Source of the DNA: Eledone cirrhosa
Taxonomy: Eukaryota
Length of the DNA stretch: 64,000 nt
NCBI GenBank assembly: GCA_964016885.1
Contig: OZ024747.1
Coordinates: 37,386,001-37,450,000, forward strand
Reading direction: 5' to 3'
Position numbers and translations under genes: made by a program. Shown here piece by piece: positions 1 to 12,767 of the stretch (its first letter is position 1; every line of letters starts with the position of its first letter). The notes beneath the pieces were generated by a model that was not told where the DNA came from, did not search any database, and was given only the letters and a program-made list of their open reading frames with translations.

Positions 1-651
1 AAAAAAAAATTAGAAATAAGAGGGATCAGATGTTGTTTACTCGAGAGAAGGCTACGTTGGTACGGACACGTGATGCGCATGAAAGTCGATAGCTGTATAA
101 CAAAGTGCAGGGCAATAAAGATAGACGGTAGCCACGGAATAGGCAGACCTAGAAAATCCTGGGACGAGCTGATAAACTCCGACCTCACACACTTACACCT
201 CTCCAAGACAATGTCACTGGACCGAGACCTTTGGCGGTACTCAGTAATAGAGAAGACCCGCCTTACCTAAATACATAGTAAAACCTACTACAGCCAGTAG
301 GCATCTCTAACAAAATACACCCCCGTCCCACCACCCACACCACCCCCTCCTATGTAAAGTTATGTTGGTGCCACAACATCCAGGCCGAAACAAATGAGAT
401 CGTGTAGGTGTCACGACAAAAAAACACACAGACCACGCTGTAATGTGGCCGTGTAGGCAACACGGTAAAAACCTCCCAGTCCCACACTGTAAATGTGGTT
501 GGTGTTAGGAAGGGCATCCAACTGTAGAAAACCTGCCAGACAGTCCTATGCGAGCAAGACAATCACTCTTGCCTCAAGTGGGAATACCCCCGTCCAAACC
601 CATGCAAGCGTGGAACACGGACGTTAAACGTTGATGATGATGATGATGATT
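1..651 (+). mobile_element. RTE-clade LINE 3' end (end of ORF, 3' UTR, (GAT)n tail)
   Basis: Translation RRLRWYGHVMRM...GRPRKSWDELI..DL is a typical RTE C-terminus; (GAT)n tail at ~632-650 runs into (TA)n; near-identical to 53041-53676. Confidence 0.9.
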
Positions 652-850
652 CATATATATATATACATACATTCATATATATATATACATACATTCATAT
701 ATATATATATATATATACATACATTCATATATATATATATACATTCATACATATATATATACATTCATACATATATATATATACATTCATACATATATAT
801 ATATATATGCATTCATTCATATATATATATATATATATACATACATTCAT
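651..850. repeat. (TA)n/(TACATTCA) microsatellite
   Basis: Directly visible dinucleotide repeat with TACATTCA interruptions. Confidence 0.95.
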
Positions 851-969
851 TAGAAAAAGGAAGTGAGGTTCTATACAAAACAGTGGATATAGAGAAAAGA
901 TGAAGTTGGAAATAGTACGGAAAATATGTTTAAGGGTCTGTTTTTCTTTTTTGATTCGTCAAAGTGACA

Positions 970-1038
970 TTATTGAAAAGATAGTGTTATTAAAAAGATA
1001 ATGTTATTAAAAAGATAATGTTATTAAAAAGATAATGT
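970..1038. repeat. Short tandem repeat, ~17-bp unit TTATTAAAAAGATAATG x4
   Basis: Directly visible. Confidence 0.8.
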
Positions 1039-1384
1039 CAAAAAAATTCTTTTAAAATAATTTTTTATGAAGTATATAAAGTATATGAAGAAATTACCAG
1101 TTTCAATGTATCAAATGTAGAGTGTAAAAAAGTAAAATCAAAATCGAATGTTTGAATAATTTTTCTTCCATCCTGCTTGTTGTAATGTTGGGTGGAATGA
1201 GAACAGTATTTGTTTTTTTTTGCAAGGGAGGAAGTTGTTTTGAAAAATAAGCTGTGAATGTATTGTTTAATCTAGTGGTCAATAGTTCAAAAGGGGATAG
1301 GGGATTGTAAGAGCTGTATTCTGTAGTAGTCTGGTATGTGTACATACATAAACACACACATATATAGAGAGTGAGTGTTAATAT

Positions 1385-1465
<81 letters not shown>

Positions 1466-1488
1466 TACATACATACATATATATATAT

Positions 1489-2369
1489 ATGTATAGGGGT
1501 GATGTCAGTAAAGTGAGAGTAGGAATGGAGTTTAGTGAGGAATTCCAGATACAAGTAGGTGTACATCAGGGTTCGGTCCTCAGCCCGCTCTTGTTCATTA
1601 TAGTCTCTATGCTGATGATCTGGTTCTTATAGCAGAATCAGTAGAGGAGCTAGAGAATAAATTCTGGCTATGGAAACAGCAGTTGGAATCAAGAGGACTG
1701 AGAGTGAACATAGCTAAGACAAAAGTGTTAAGTAGGACAAAACTGATTCCATCAGGGAAAAGGCCATGTTCGATATGTAGGAAAGGAACTGGCATAAATT
1801 CCATAAAATCTACGCAATGCAGATCTTGGGTACACAAGAGGTGTAGTGGGATAGCAGGCAAACTAACAGGTAGGGAAAACTACGTATCCAGTAGATGTAT
1901 AGGGAAAGTTGGCAGTAGTTATCGCAGTGATAGACATATTTTTCCAATGCAGGTGGGTTCTACAGAAGTCGTTGATAGCTTCCGGTACCTAGGTGATCAG
2001 ATTATCATGGGAGGGGGTGTTCCGAGGCCATAGTATCTAGAATAAGAACAGGTTGGAAGAAATTTAGGGAGCTGCTTCGTCTGTTGACAAAGAAGGGTTT
2101 CTCCCTGGGTACGAAAGGACGCCTGTGTGAGATGCGCGTTGCTGCATGGTAGTGAGACATGAGCAGCAACTGCAAAGGATATGCAACGGCTGGAGAGAAA
2201 TGAAGCAAGTATGCTCCGTTGGATGTGCAATGTCAATGTGCGTGAACGACCAAGCATAGACGAGTAGAGAAATAAACTGGGTATAAGAGGGATAAATTGT
2301 GGTATGCAGGAGAGAAGGCTGAGATGGTATGGCCATGTGATGCGCATGGAGGATGACCGCTGGGTAAAG
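1489..2369 (+). mobile_element. Degenerate RTE LINE fragment (RT C-terminal half with PHD-like finger)
   Basis: [26 protein letters not shown]...[13 protein letters not shown] and RRLRWYGHVMRM motifs across frameshifts; begins at a (TA)n tract. Confidence 0.85.
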
Positions 2370-3945
2370 GAATGGCGATGGTTATACCATCTGTCTTTGA
2401 AGCTCGTTGATGTGGCTCCTATGTAAAGGTGCTCAGAGTTGGGGGTTTTTACTCTACATCTGTATATTAAGTTCTTCCTGAGGCATTCATTACTAAGGGG
2501 CATGTGGAGGTTCTGCAGTTGCAGGAGGTGGTCGACCCCCCGAGTGCCTAATATGGGGTTCCTGTTGCGTATTATACGGTGGTCTTTTCCTGGGTCTGTT
2601 TGGGTTCCCAGGATGGGTACCGGGTCCACCCTTCCTTCCCTCCACATGGCTCTGCTGGGTGCTTATACTGCCAGCTTCTGGTTGTGTGTAGTTTCTAAGT
2701 CTACCCCTATTGATGCTAGCTATGTGCTGGGCTACGTTGCGCGTGGTAGAATACGAGAACTTCAGTGTGTCTGTTGAAGATCTTGTGGTATCTATGGTCT
2801 CTCGGGAAGCATTTATCTAGTGCTCTAAAGAATGACCGGGCCAGGCTGTTCTTTATGGCCACTGAGTAGGGTGGGTTCTACCACGTGATTTTTCTATGTC
2901 TATTCCTATGTGGGTGGGTTGAGCGTGCTGTGGGCTGTTGGGGAGTTGTTGGGTTGCTAGTGGTTCCTGCATTGTTGCTTCCCCTTTGGGCGCTATGTGT
3001 TTTGCTAGCTTCCCGGCTCGTACCTGTGGGGTGGTTGTTGCCCACGCTGAGAGTTCTACAATGGGATGATCTTCTATCTGTCCCGCTTCGTGTCTTGCGG
3101 TTGGGGGCGTTGGGCCCGGGGTGGTTAGTATCACCCCTGAGACTGCTCCGCGTACTGGGTTTCCTCCCATGGCTAGGCGTACGCGCCCTTTTCGCTGTGG
3201 TGGTGTCGGGTTCATGAGGTTTAGTGGTTTCCACTCTGCCTGTACTGTTAGGCCCCCCCCCCTCTCCCGGATACCGTGGGTTAGGGGGTCCGATGGTCTA
3301 TCCCTATCATGGCGCCTCGGATTATAAGATATAGTTTGGCCATGCGCCACCTTATTTAGAGCTGCGTTATAATACTCTGCGTTGCTATCAAAGATCTCCT
3401 TATTGGCGGACAGGTTGGAGGTCCTGTCCGAGACACTCTTGACTACGGCCTTAATTATGGATCTAGGGTGGTTTGACTTGGTGTTAACATATACCAGTTT
3501 CTCGTTGGGCTTGTGATAGGGGTAGTATTGCTCAGTGCTCAGGTTTAGTGTGGTGTCTAGGAAGTTGACTACCTTTCTATTTGGGTCTAATTCAATACTG
3601 AGCCCATGGTTCTTAAAGAAATGCCTAAGTCGCCTCTTCATTCTCTCCACCATAGTGGTGCTGTGGTTATAGACTGTGAAGAGAGCATCATCACGATATA
3701 ATCCGCCGCCCAGGCAGGGGATTTCTTCTTTTATCTGCTTCAGCAGGAAGAGCCCAGCCAGGTCCGTTACCTGTGCGGAGTCGCTAGAGCCCATCGGGAT
3801 GTCAAATTTATTTGGCCAATCACTCCTGCTCCAAAGGTCCCCACTGAAACAGATTAAGGTCTTTCGGGCGGCGAGGATGATTCCTACCTCCTCGTGGGTT
3901 AGGTCCGTATTGGACATCGCTAAAATAAGAGCCTTATTAAGCACT
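2360..3945 (-). mobile_element. Penelope-like retroelement (RT + C-terminal GIY-YIG endonuclease, Naiad-like), truncated at both ends
   Basis: PMGSSDSAQVTDL, GLYRDDAL, NFLD, YHKPNEKLVYVN..SNHP, NPPYS and KIFNRHT motifs; CNC..CPL..CL linker; LIYRCRV..YIGAT..FKDRWYNH endonuclease motif. Confidence 0.9.
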
Positions 3946-4389
3946 ATGGGCGAGATTGTATATTATTTCATCATTCATTTCATTTTACGTCCGCTTTTCC
4001 CTGCTTGCAAGGGTGGGACGGGAACTGATTGTATATATATATGTATATATATGTATATATATATATATATGGAATGCACCTGAGCCTGTGTTTGTGCGTG
4101 TGTGTTTGCAATGATGTGTGTTGATATACACGCACGCATATGTACTTTATACGGAAATAGGAACTGTAGTCCTTTGCATTTCCGGATTTTGACACTCTGG
4201 TTTTTCGTGTTTTACACTCCACTTTTATCTCATTTGCTCTTAAAACACACCACTCGATGATAAAATAAGAATTCTAATTCTTTACACTTCTCGATTCTGA
4301 CACACACATTTTCTACTTCAGTTAATATTTTTCAAAACTTTCAAATTTTGATATTGTTTGTAACACACGCATTTTTTACTTTTTTATGT

Positions 4390-5010
4390 CTGGCACCTGC
4401 CACCACATGAAATGGTAGCAGGATAGATGCCAACCTACACACACAATTTCTTCAGAACATAGCAGCAGCACACTAAAGCTGACCTGCCAGCTGACCCCTT
4501 AACACCACTACCAACACAATGGAGGAGGTCAGCTGTACTTAAACATCCGGAAAAAAACAACTACAACAGATTGTCTTGCCTCAGAAAAATTTCTATAGAC
4601 TTTTGACTGAGGAATGTTCTCACAACTGACCAATGGGATGCGAGCGTGTCCTATGATGCCGAAATTCGTTTGTTCTAACTCATATGATTCCAGTTCCTCA
4701 GAGGAATAACAACACAACCAGGAGCTGGACATATCGGAGTATTGACAGAGTAAAACACACTTCAACAACACGTGTACCTGTCTTTCCCACAGCAATTCGG
4801 ACTGCCTGAAGAGGTCACAGCCAATGATGGCTGTCACCGAAATATATATAGCAGTATATCTATAATTTATAATAAACGAAGCCAAATTTTACATATTTGA
4901 CTTAATTATTTTACATTACGCCGGAGTAAACAAACCAACCTGCGTACTTCATCGAGTGCTCCAATCTGCATACCGAGGTGTCGGTAAACAACCAACATAT
5001 ACTAAAAAAA
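4390..5010 (+). mobile_element. Probable PLE terminal-repeat (pLTR) remnant carrying a hammerhead motif
   Basis: Contains the type I hammerhead at 4801-4855 followed by AATAAA; ends at an A-run/(TA)n; boundaries approximate. Confidence 0.55.
4801..4855 (+). ncRNA. Minimal type I hammerhead ribozyme (PLE type)
   Basis: Stem I ACTGC/GCAGT; core CTGAAGA; stem II GGTCACAGCCA/TGGCTGTCACC (one C-C mismatch); GAAA; palindromic stem-loop III ATATATAT; predicted cleavage after AUA at 4850. Confidence 0.85.
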
Positions 5011-5855
5011 AAATATATATATATATATGAGAGATAGTTATGTTCACGTTTGGAGGAAATGGGCGATTCTTCTACTGATACTAGCTACTAAGTTCTTAAT
5101 TAGAGCTGGGTGATTGGAATTCCTATGTGTATGGTCTCTCCATTAGGCTTCCTATCAAGATAATATTTGCCTGCCTTATTTTAAACCTTGTCAGAATTTA
5201 CTTTGGTTTTCTTCCTTCTGGGTTCAATAAAATAACTCTTATTTATATATTATAACTACTGTATATACTCGAATATTTTAGGTCTGAGAAATGAGCAAAA
5301 ATCCAGGCCCTATTTATAAGCTGGGGTAGCTAATCAACATGTTTAGACAGTCTATATAAGCCAACCCACCACACTTTACCATCAATGTTTTGGTCACATA
5401 TTCCTCTGCTTTTATTCGAGTATAAACAGTAAATCAATCAGCTACACCCCAACCTTTGTGTTCTTATGCTACTTCATGTAAGAACTCATTATTATCAAAG
5501 TGATGCAATAAATAAACATAAATAAAATAGGAAGTAGATAGTCTTCTAACAGACATGGAAAAAAAAATCAATCATTTTATCAATCAGTTAACACAGCAAA
5601 AAAAAAGAAAAAGAAATAAGTCTCCAGGCATGAGATTAATAAAAAATATACATTCATTAAAATTGTTCAATTCTCTTTAATTAAATGAAAGAAAAAAATT
5701 ACAAGATGAGAAAATAGATTAATGATATTACATGATGTCTTGAATGATAAAGGAGTACATCTTCATATGCAAATGTTCTCTTCAATTTAATGGTTCTTTC
5801 ATCTTATGTTATTATTTTTTCACTTTTAATTGTGTATATTGGAAATATGACAATA

Positions 5856-5861
5856 TTTATT
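5856..5861 (-). promoter_or_regulatory. Candidate polyadenylation signal AATAAA for SF3A3
   Basis: First minus-strand AATAAA after the stop codon; others lie further downstream (e.g. 5411-5416), so the site used is unknown. Confidence 0.3.
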
Positions 5862-5902
5862 TTAATGAAACAAATCAACAGAAGGTGACTATATTTGAAT
5901 TT

Positions 5903-5980
5903 TTACAGAAGACCTTGTCTCTTCAGATCATCATATACCTTTTTAGCAACAACATTTCCTGAAGAATCTTCAAATTCTTC
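5903..5980 (-). CDS. SF3A3: Splicing factor 3A subunit 3, terminal coding exon
   Basis: Acceptor ttctttatttcag, then EEFEDSSGNVVAKKVYDDLKRQGLL-TAA, matching the conserved SF3A3/Prp9 C-terminus (human recalled as EEYEDSSGNVVNKKTYEDLKRQGLL); phase 0 fits the upstream exon. Confidence 0.93.
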   Translation of the reverse strand, partial: EEFEDSSGNVVAKKVYDDLKRQGLL

Positions 5981-6414
5981 CTGAAATAAAGAAATCATAT
6001 ATCAAATAAATAAATAATTAAACAAACAAACAGGAAGATAGAATCATAGTGAAAAAACTGCAAAATAATTTTCATTTCACAATAAACCTCTAATTAAACT
6101 TAACATTTGTTGATATAAAGAAGACTTTTGACTAAATTCTAATGTATTTTGGCAGGTACATAATAAAATGTGGTTAGCTCATACAAGCCATTCAAACAAT
6201 ATTATAAGAAACATTACAAGTGGTAGTGAATTCAATGAGTTCAGTGCAAAGATTGATATATTCAAAATTCTGTTTCCTGTCTCTATTCAGTCAATATATC
6301 TTAAATTTTGTGATACCAAACCCCCTAAAACTGTCCTTGGTTCTATGATAGAAATCCATGTTTTAAAGTGTTTATATTTACCTAAAAGCTTTAATTTTTA
6401 TGTAAGAAAATTAT

Positions 6415-6600
6415 GCGGAAAACCAACCAGCAGGAGGTCCAAGAGTAGACTCAGAGCAAGATGGTTGGATAACATCCATAGGCTGGTCTTGCTTGGGGAT
6501 CCAGCCAGATCAATAGGAGACGATTGCTTCTGACAGGAGTACTTGAGGTCTCTGCTCCCTCGACCCACTCAAGAAAAAGTGGGCAAAGGAGAAGACAAAA
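6415..6600 (+). mobile_element. Old RTE-like LINE 3'-end fragment
   Basis: KPTSRRSKSRLRARWLDNI resembles the RTE C-terminal R..GRPR.RW.D motif; followed by an A/G-rich tail. Confidence 0.5.
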
Positions 6601-7474
6601 TTCATTAAGTTATGCTCTAAGCACCAGCTTAATAAGAAAGCTATATCACTAAATTATTTCAAATCGTTGATTATTTAGAAAATTATCTGAAAATCATAGG
6701 TAATGTTTTTCATTAAAAATATGGTAATGAAAGGGTTAAAGCTTATACCACAGAAGTTCAAAACTGATTGTCTTTAGGAACATTTCAGGCATTGATGATC
6801 TGAATCACATACCAGAATCGATATATAAAAAAAAAAAAACAGCAATTGATCAACAAGGTCCTAGACCTCATTTGCTTACGAAGTGGAGGGGAACTCGTCG
6901 AATCAGACTAAGGAAACAATATTTTCATTACTGATACTATCTACCTATTGCAACTCCTTGCAGAAAGAGTAATGTAAAATAAAGTCTGTAATTAAATAAA
7001 CAACATCGACATCTCCTCCACTGGAACTTCTTGCTCTTGACCCCGACACAATATTTTGCGAAACTGGCTAATAAGAGTAACAGGGCCTAATTATATCAGC
7101 AGGGTTCAGACATTAGTCAAAATACACTTTTATTGGACCAGTTCATTTAGCAGTAGAGGTGCGGTATAGTCCACTTTTACAATCAACAACAAGACTATAT
7201 ACTTTACAAGTGCTCATTAGCCTGTAATACTAAATTCAATCTCTCCTATGTACCTGAAGAAGGCAAATTAAGGTTACCCCAGTATTTAACAACAGACCAA
7301 ATTCTGCAACTAGTATTCAAACTTTCTATTGTATTGAAGCCCTGGCTAGTTATGATGGTTTTGTGTAAAACAATCCATTTCATATTAAAACATAATTCTC
7401 AATCACATAATGACAGAGAATTGATAATGCAGTTCTAAATAGACCTTGGCAAAACAATTATGTCAATAACAAAG

Positions 7475-7760
7475 AGTCTGGTAATAGTTAGGTTTGTGTT
7501 CAGGGTGACCCACAATACAAGGAGTCTAGCAGTAGTTAGGTTTATGTTCAACCTGTCCCACAACACAAGAGTTTGGTGATAGGTTTTTGTTCAACGTGTC
7601 CCACAACATGGAAAGTCTAGCAGTAGTTAGTTTTTTCTTCAACCTGTCTTAAAACACAAGGAGTTCCACAATAAGGTTTTGTAAAACGTGTCCCACAATA
7701 CAGTGTTTTTTAATAAGTATGTTTTTGTCCACCTTTCCAAGGTATTGTGAGAAGGTAGCG
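7475..7760. repeat. Degenerate minisatellite (~40-50 bp unit containing CCCACAA and TAGTTAGGTTT)
   Basis: Recurrent GTCCCACAA(C/T)AC and GCAGTAGTTAG motifs. Confidence 0.55.
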
Positions 7761-9094
7761 ACACAACACAAAATGTGAGTCAGTAGCTTCACATCAGAAA
7801 GTGTGGGGCAGTAGATAGGTTTCAGCAGTTATTTAGATTAATTGCAGGTAAAGCAAGAACATTGGCTTGACTTGGTCTATTTCTGTTCTGACAGAAGAAC
7901 GGTGTGCTCTGATATATGAAATATATATAAAAAAGACAGTGAAGACTGATTGTTTAGTTGGAGATGTAGTTGTGTAGTGTGTGGTTGTGTACAAAGCATA
8001 GGAGTTCACTGAACAAGTTGAAGTTATGTGGTGTGTGGTATGTGGTGTACAAGACAGGAGTTCACTGAACAAGTAGTGAGACAAACAATTAGGGGTTTAA
8101 TATGATTTGTGAACAGAAATCAGAATTAAATCTGATTCAACAATACTCCAGGCTCTAACCATCACTTTCTGACAGTGATAATTATAATTATCAATGTAAG
8201 TATATTTATGTGTACATAAGTATACAATATCCTCTATCTACAAACAATCACAGATTCCAATACATATGTCAATAAATAGATAACGTTTATAGATATATTG
8301 GGAGATATCCCTGTATATCTATATAGGGACATACATGTATATTCATATAGATTTACATACATGTATACATTATGAGTATCAATATGTCTCTACATATGCA
8401 CATACATTTCATATGTCTATACACAAACATACATATATTTCATAATATATATATATAGATAGATATACAAACACACATTTCATATTATGTCTATATACAC
8501 ACATACATACATTTCATATGATGTTCATATACATGCTTGCATATATACACAAACATGTGTAAAATATAGAGGAGTGTATGTAGGATGGAGTGAGGTTTAT
8601 GATATTCAATACAACATCAACATCCAGCAATAAAAAATGAACAATACATAGGTGGTACTGTCATTACTGTTCACTGGCAAGAACGATGTTGTGATTTATG
8701 TGCACACACACACACATATATATATACATATACTTAATACTTTAACAGAGAAAGCTAATAGCGATACTCCGACCAACTTCCATCTCACTCAACAAACATT
8801 AGGAAATACCTGAGTATATTCCCAATTATACGTTTGTGGTGCTAACTATATTGTATTATGTGGAAAGTCGGCTGTATTATTTTATATGAGTCATGATTAA
8901 ATAAATCTCACTTTCCTTACGAGCTATATATATATATACATATATATAGAAATAGGATGTCCTACACAGGTGAAAGTATAAGGAAAAGAAATTGAAAATG
9001 CAACTGGAGTCTTTTTAAGAATATTTATTCATTTCCTTTACCAGTTTCACAGTTCTTATGTTTTTCAAAAGTAGAATTGAGATGGAGGGTTTGT

Positions 9095-9440
9095 GGTTTT
9101 TCTCTAGGTCTACAAAAGCTAAGTATAGTGGCTTATTTTTCTCTAACAACCTCTCTTGTAGTTGTCTCACTAAGAAGAGGGCATCTGTTGTACTTTTCCC
9201 AGGCACAAAGCCAGACTGTATTTCATCTAATTTGACACTTTCTCTAATTAGTTGCGCTAGTATTTTTTCTTCCACTTTCATAACCTGATCCATCAGTTTT
9301 ATGCCTCTATAATTGCACCTCTCCAGTGCATCCCCTTTAGCTTACTAGCAATTTAGAAGAATACAGCTGCACCAGTCTTTGGGTATGGCTCCGCCATATA
9401 TAGTTTGGTTGACAATGCATGCAACCAGTTTAGTTCCTAT
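9095..9440 (-). mobile_element. RTE LINE RT fragment
   Basis: YRGIKLMDQVMK...GFVPGKSTTDALFLVRQLQE...LAFVDLEK. Confidence 0.85.
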
Positions 9441-9447
9441 ATATATA

Positions 9448-9646
9448 TCATCATCATCATCATTTAACGTCCATTTTCCACGCTAGCATGGGTCTGGACG
9501 TGAATTGCCCCACTTGAGGCAAGATTGGTTTTCTTGCTCAGGACTGTCTGGCGGGTTTTCTACGGCTGGATGCCCTTCCTAACACCAACCACTTTTACAG
9601 TGTGGTCTGGGAGGTTTTTACCGTGTTACCTACACGGCCACATTAC
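9448..9646 (-). mobile_element. RTE 3'-UTR/tail fragment between (TA)n tracts
   Basis: (CAT)n plus the conserved 3'-UTR motif GGATGCCCTTCCTAACACCAACC. Confidence 0.8.
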
Positions 9647-9648
9647 AC

Positions 9649-9688
<40 letters not shown>

Positions 9689-10244
9689 TATATATACAAA
9701 TATACAAAATGTATGTATGTATATATATATACAAAATGTATGTATGTATATATGTATATATATATGTATATATATATATATATGTATATTTGTATATGTA
9801 TATATACATATACATATATACAAATATACATATACATATATACATATACAAATGTATATACATATATATACATATATACGGTGGCTGCCAACTCGGTTTC
9901 GAGTATGGCCACTACTTTATATCCATGTAGGAGAACTCGTACCGATGCGCTGAACGAGTGTGACTTTTTAGTCCAGCCAGCGACTTGAAAACTCTGGTAC
10001 AAACATTACACTTGTGACAATTATTGACACATAGTGCTGGGCCCATGGTACCATGTGACGACAAGTGCAGAGAGATCTCCAGACATAAAGCAATGCCTGT
10101 GCCGTGAAGCTTTTATAGTGAGCAAAAGCATTGCACAAAGCCAGTCCCACTCTCTTAACCAAACATATATATATATACATACATATATACATATATATAT
10201 ATATACATATATACATATATATATACATGCATATATACATAGAT

Positions 10245-12073
10245 ATCATCATCATCATCATCATCACCGTTTTACGTCCGTTCTTCCACGCTAGCATGGG
10301 TTAGATGGGTTGTCCTGTTGTGGGCAGTGTCCGGTCGGCTGACCTCGCCTTGCTCATACGGGAACTGATTCTGGCTTGATTACAGCTGGATGCCCTTCCT
10401 AACATCAACCTCATTTACAGTGAGTGGTGGGTGCTTTTTTTCCGTTGCGCCTACACGTCTACTTTACAGTGTGGGCGGGGTGCTTTTTTGCCATGGCACC
10501 TCCACGACCACTTTGCAGTGGGAGGGTGTGGGTGCATATTGTCTATATGCTTCAGCTTGTACCCGTGGGGGGGGGGGGGGGGCTTCTGTATTACTGTGCG
10601 ACGTCATCGCTTTGAAAGGTGTAATTGGGTAAGGTCGGCTTTTATCACCTCATCCCAGGTCTTCTTGGGTCTCCCCACTCCGCGGTTTCCATCGACTTCT
10701 ACTGCTCTGCACCTTTTTATGCAGCTGTCATCCTTCATACGCATCACATGTCCATACCAACGCAACCACCTCTCCTGCACACAGAATTTGATTCCTCTTA
10801 TGTTCAGTCTCTCAATTCATTTATGCTTTGCCGTTCGCGTACATTACTATTACACATCCATCGGAGCATGCAGGCTTCGTTTCTTTCTAATCTACGCAAG
10901 TCTTCCACAGACAGCACCTAGGTCTCACTACCATGTAACATTGCTGTTCGTATACATGCATCATACAGTCTGCCTTTCATTTTGAGGGAAAAGCCTTTTG
11001 CAGCTAGCAGTGGCTCCCTGAACTTCTTCCATCCCATTCTTACCCTGGTTAATGTACTTTCCGAACACCCACCTCCGCTGCTAATTCGGTTAACTAGGTA
11101 GCAGAAGCTGTCTACTTTGAGACCCTTTCTTTCTATTCCCTGCTTCAAAGTTAGGAATTTCTTCTCTAGTTCTATCATAGACTCAGCTATAAGTGCGAGG
11201 TCATCTGCATACAGGAGTTCCCATGGGCATCATCATCATCATCATCACCGTTTTACGTCCGTTCTTCCACGCTAGCATGGGTTAGATGGGTTGTCCTGTT
11301 GTGTGCAGTGTCTGGTCGGCTGACCATGCCTTGCTCATACAGGAACTGATCTGGCTTGATTTCTACAGCTGGATGCCCTTCCTAACACCAACCTCATTTA
11401 CAGTGAGTGCTGGGTGCTTTTTCGTGGCGCCTACACGTCCACTTTACAGTGTGGGCTGGGTGCTTACACCGGGCATCCGGTCTTAAACTCCTCCGTTATT
11501 GCCTGCAGGACTATGATGAACAGGAGAGGGCTAAGAACAGAGCCCTGGTGGGCACCGACCTGTACATTAAATTCCTCGCTATACTCATTGCTAATCCTTA
11601 CTTTGCTGACTGCTCCCCTATACATGGCTTGTACAGCTTTCACAAGCCATTCATCTACTCCTTAGTTTTCTAAGAGCCCACCAGAAAATAGCACGGGGAA
11701 CTCTGTCAAAGGCTTTCTCCAGATGGACGAATGCCAGGTAGAGCGGCTTACTTTTAGCTAGGTACTTTTCCTGTAACTGCCTCACAAGGAAGCGGGCATC
11801 AGTGGTGCCTCTTCCTGGTACAAACCAAAATTGCATCTCATCTAGATTCACCCGGTCCCTAATCAACTGTGCTATAACTCTTTCTGTTACTTTCATGACC
11901 TGGTCCATCAGCTTTACACCTCTATAGTTTCCTCTATCTAGTGCATCACCTTTACCTTTGTAGCAGTTGACAATGATGCTGTTGCACCAATCCTTTGGTA
12001 TGACACCTTCTAGTTTACCTGGTTAACAATACGTGTGGTTATGGTGTGACCTATCGACCCAGATGCCTTCAGC
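10245..12073 (-). mobile_element. 5'-truncated RTE LINE with internal deletions and a nested RTE 3' fragment
   Basis: (CAT)n tail at ~10245-10266; 3' UTR; RT motifs (YDACIRTAMLHGSET, YADDL, DQVMKVTERVIAQLIR); 5' end abuts (TA)n. Confidence 0.9.
11232..11470 (-). mobile_element. Nested short RTE 3'-end insertion with GGGCATC target-site duplication
   Basis: GGGCATC at 11225-11231 and 11471-11477; the uninterrupted site CCATGGGCATCCGG is seen in the paralog near 31217-31230. Confidence 0.8.
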
Positions 12074-12572
12074 ATATATACATACATATAAATGTATACA
12101 TATATATATATACATATATACATATAAATAAACATATATACATATATATATACATATATATATATATACATATATACATATATATATACATATATACATA
12201 TATATACATATATACATATATATATACATATATACATATATATATATACATATATACATACATATACATACATACATACATATATACATATATACATACA
12301 TATATACATATATATATATATACATGTGTACATATATACGTATACATATATATATATACATATACATATATACGTATACATATAAACAAATATATCATCA
12401 TCATCATCATCATCAGGTTTAGCGTCCGTGTTCCACGCTTGCATATGTATACATATATACGTATACATATAAACAAATACATATATATACATATATACAT
12501 ATAAACATATACATATATATACATATACATATACATATATATGTATGCATATATACATATATATATATATAC

Positions 12573-12629
<57 letters not shown>

Positions 12630-12730
12630 TATAGATATATATATATACATATATAGATATATATATATATACACATATATACATATACATATATATATAT
12701 TCATATATATATATATATATACATATATAT
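12074..12730. repeat. Long (TA)n/(TACA)n microsatellite with a ~50-bp RTE tail fragment at ~12395-12445
   Basis: Directly visible. Confidence 0.9.
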
Positions 12731-12767
12731 TCTTAAGTGTGTAAGGTCGGAATTTATCAAATATATA

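Noticed and set aside
1103-1330. Possible minus-strand exon after a CAG at 1331-1333
   Set aside because: No recognisable protein similarity in any frame, weak polypyrimidine tract, and it lies beyond the SF3A3 stop codon.
7245-7300. CCTGAAGA motif suggesting another PLE hammerhead
   Set aside because: No stem II followed by GAAA and a cleavage triplet.
9880-9925. Partial hammerhead-like half on the minus strand (AGTA..TACTC GAAAC)
   Set aside because: The CUGAnGA core is absent and the would-be triplet is not supported by stem I.
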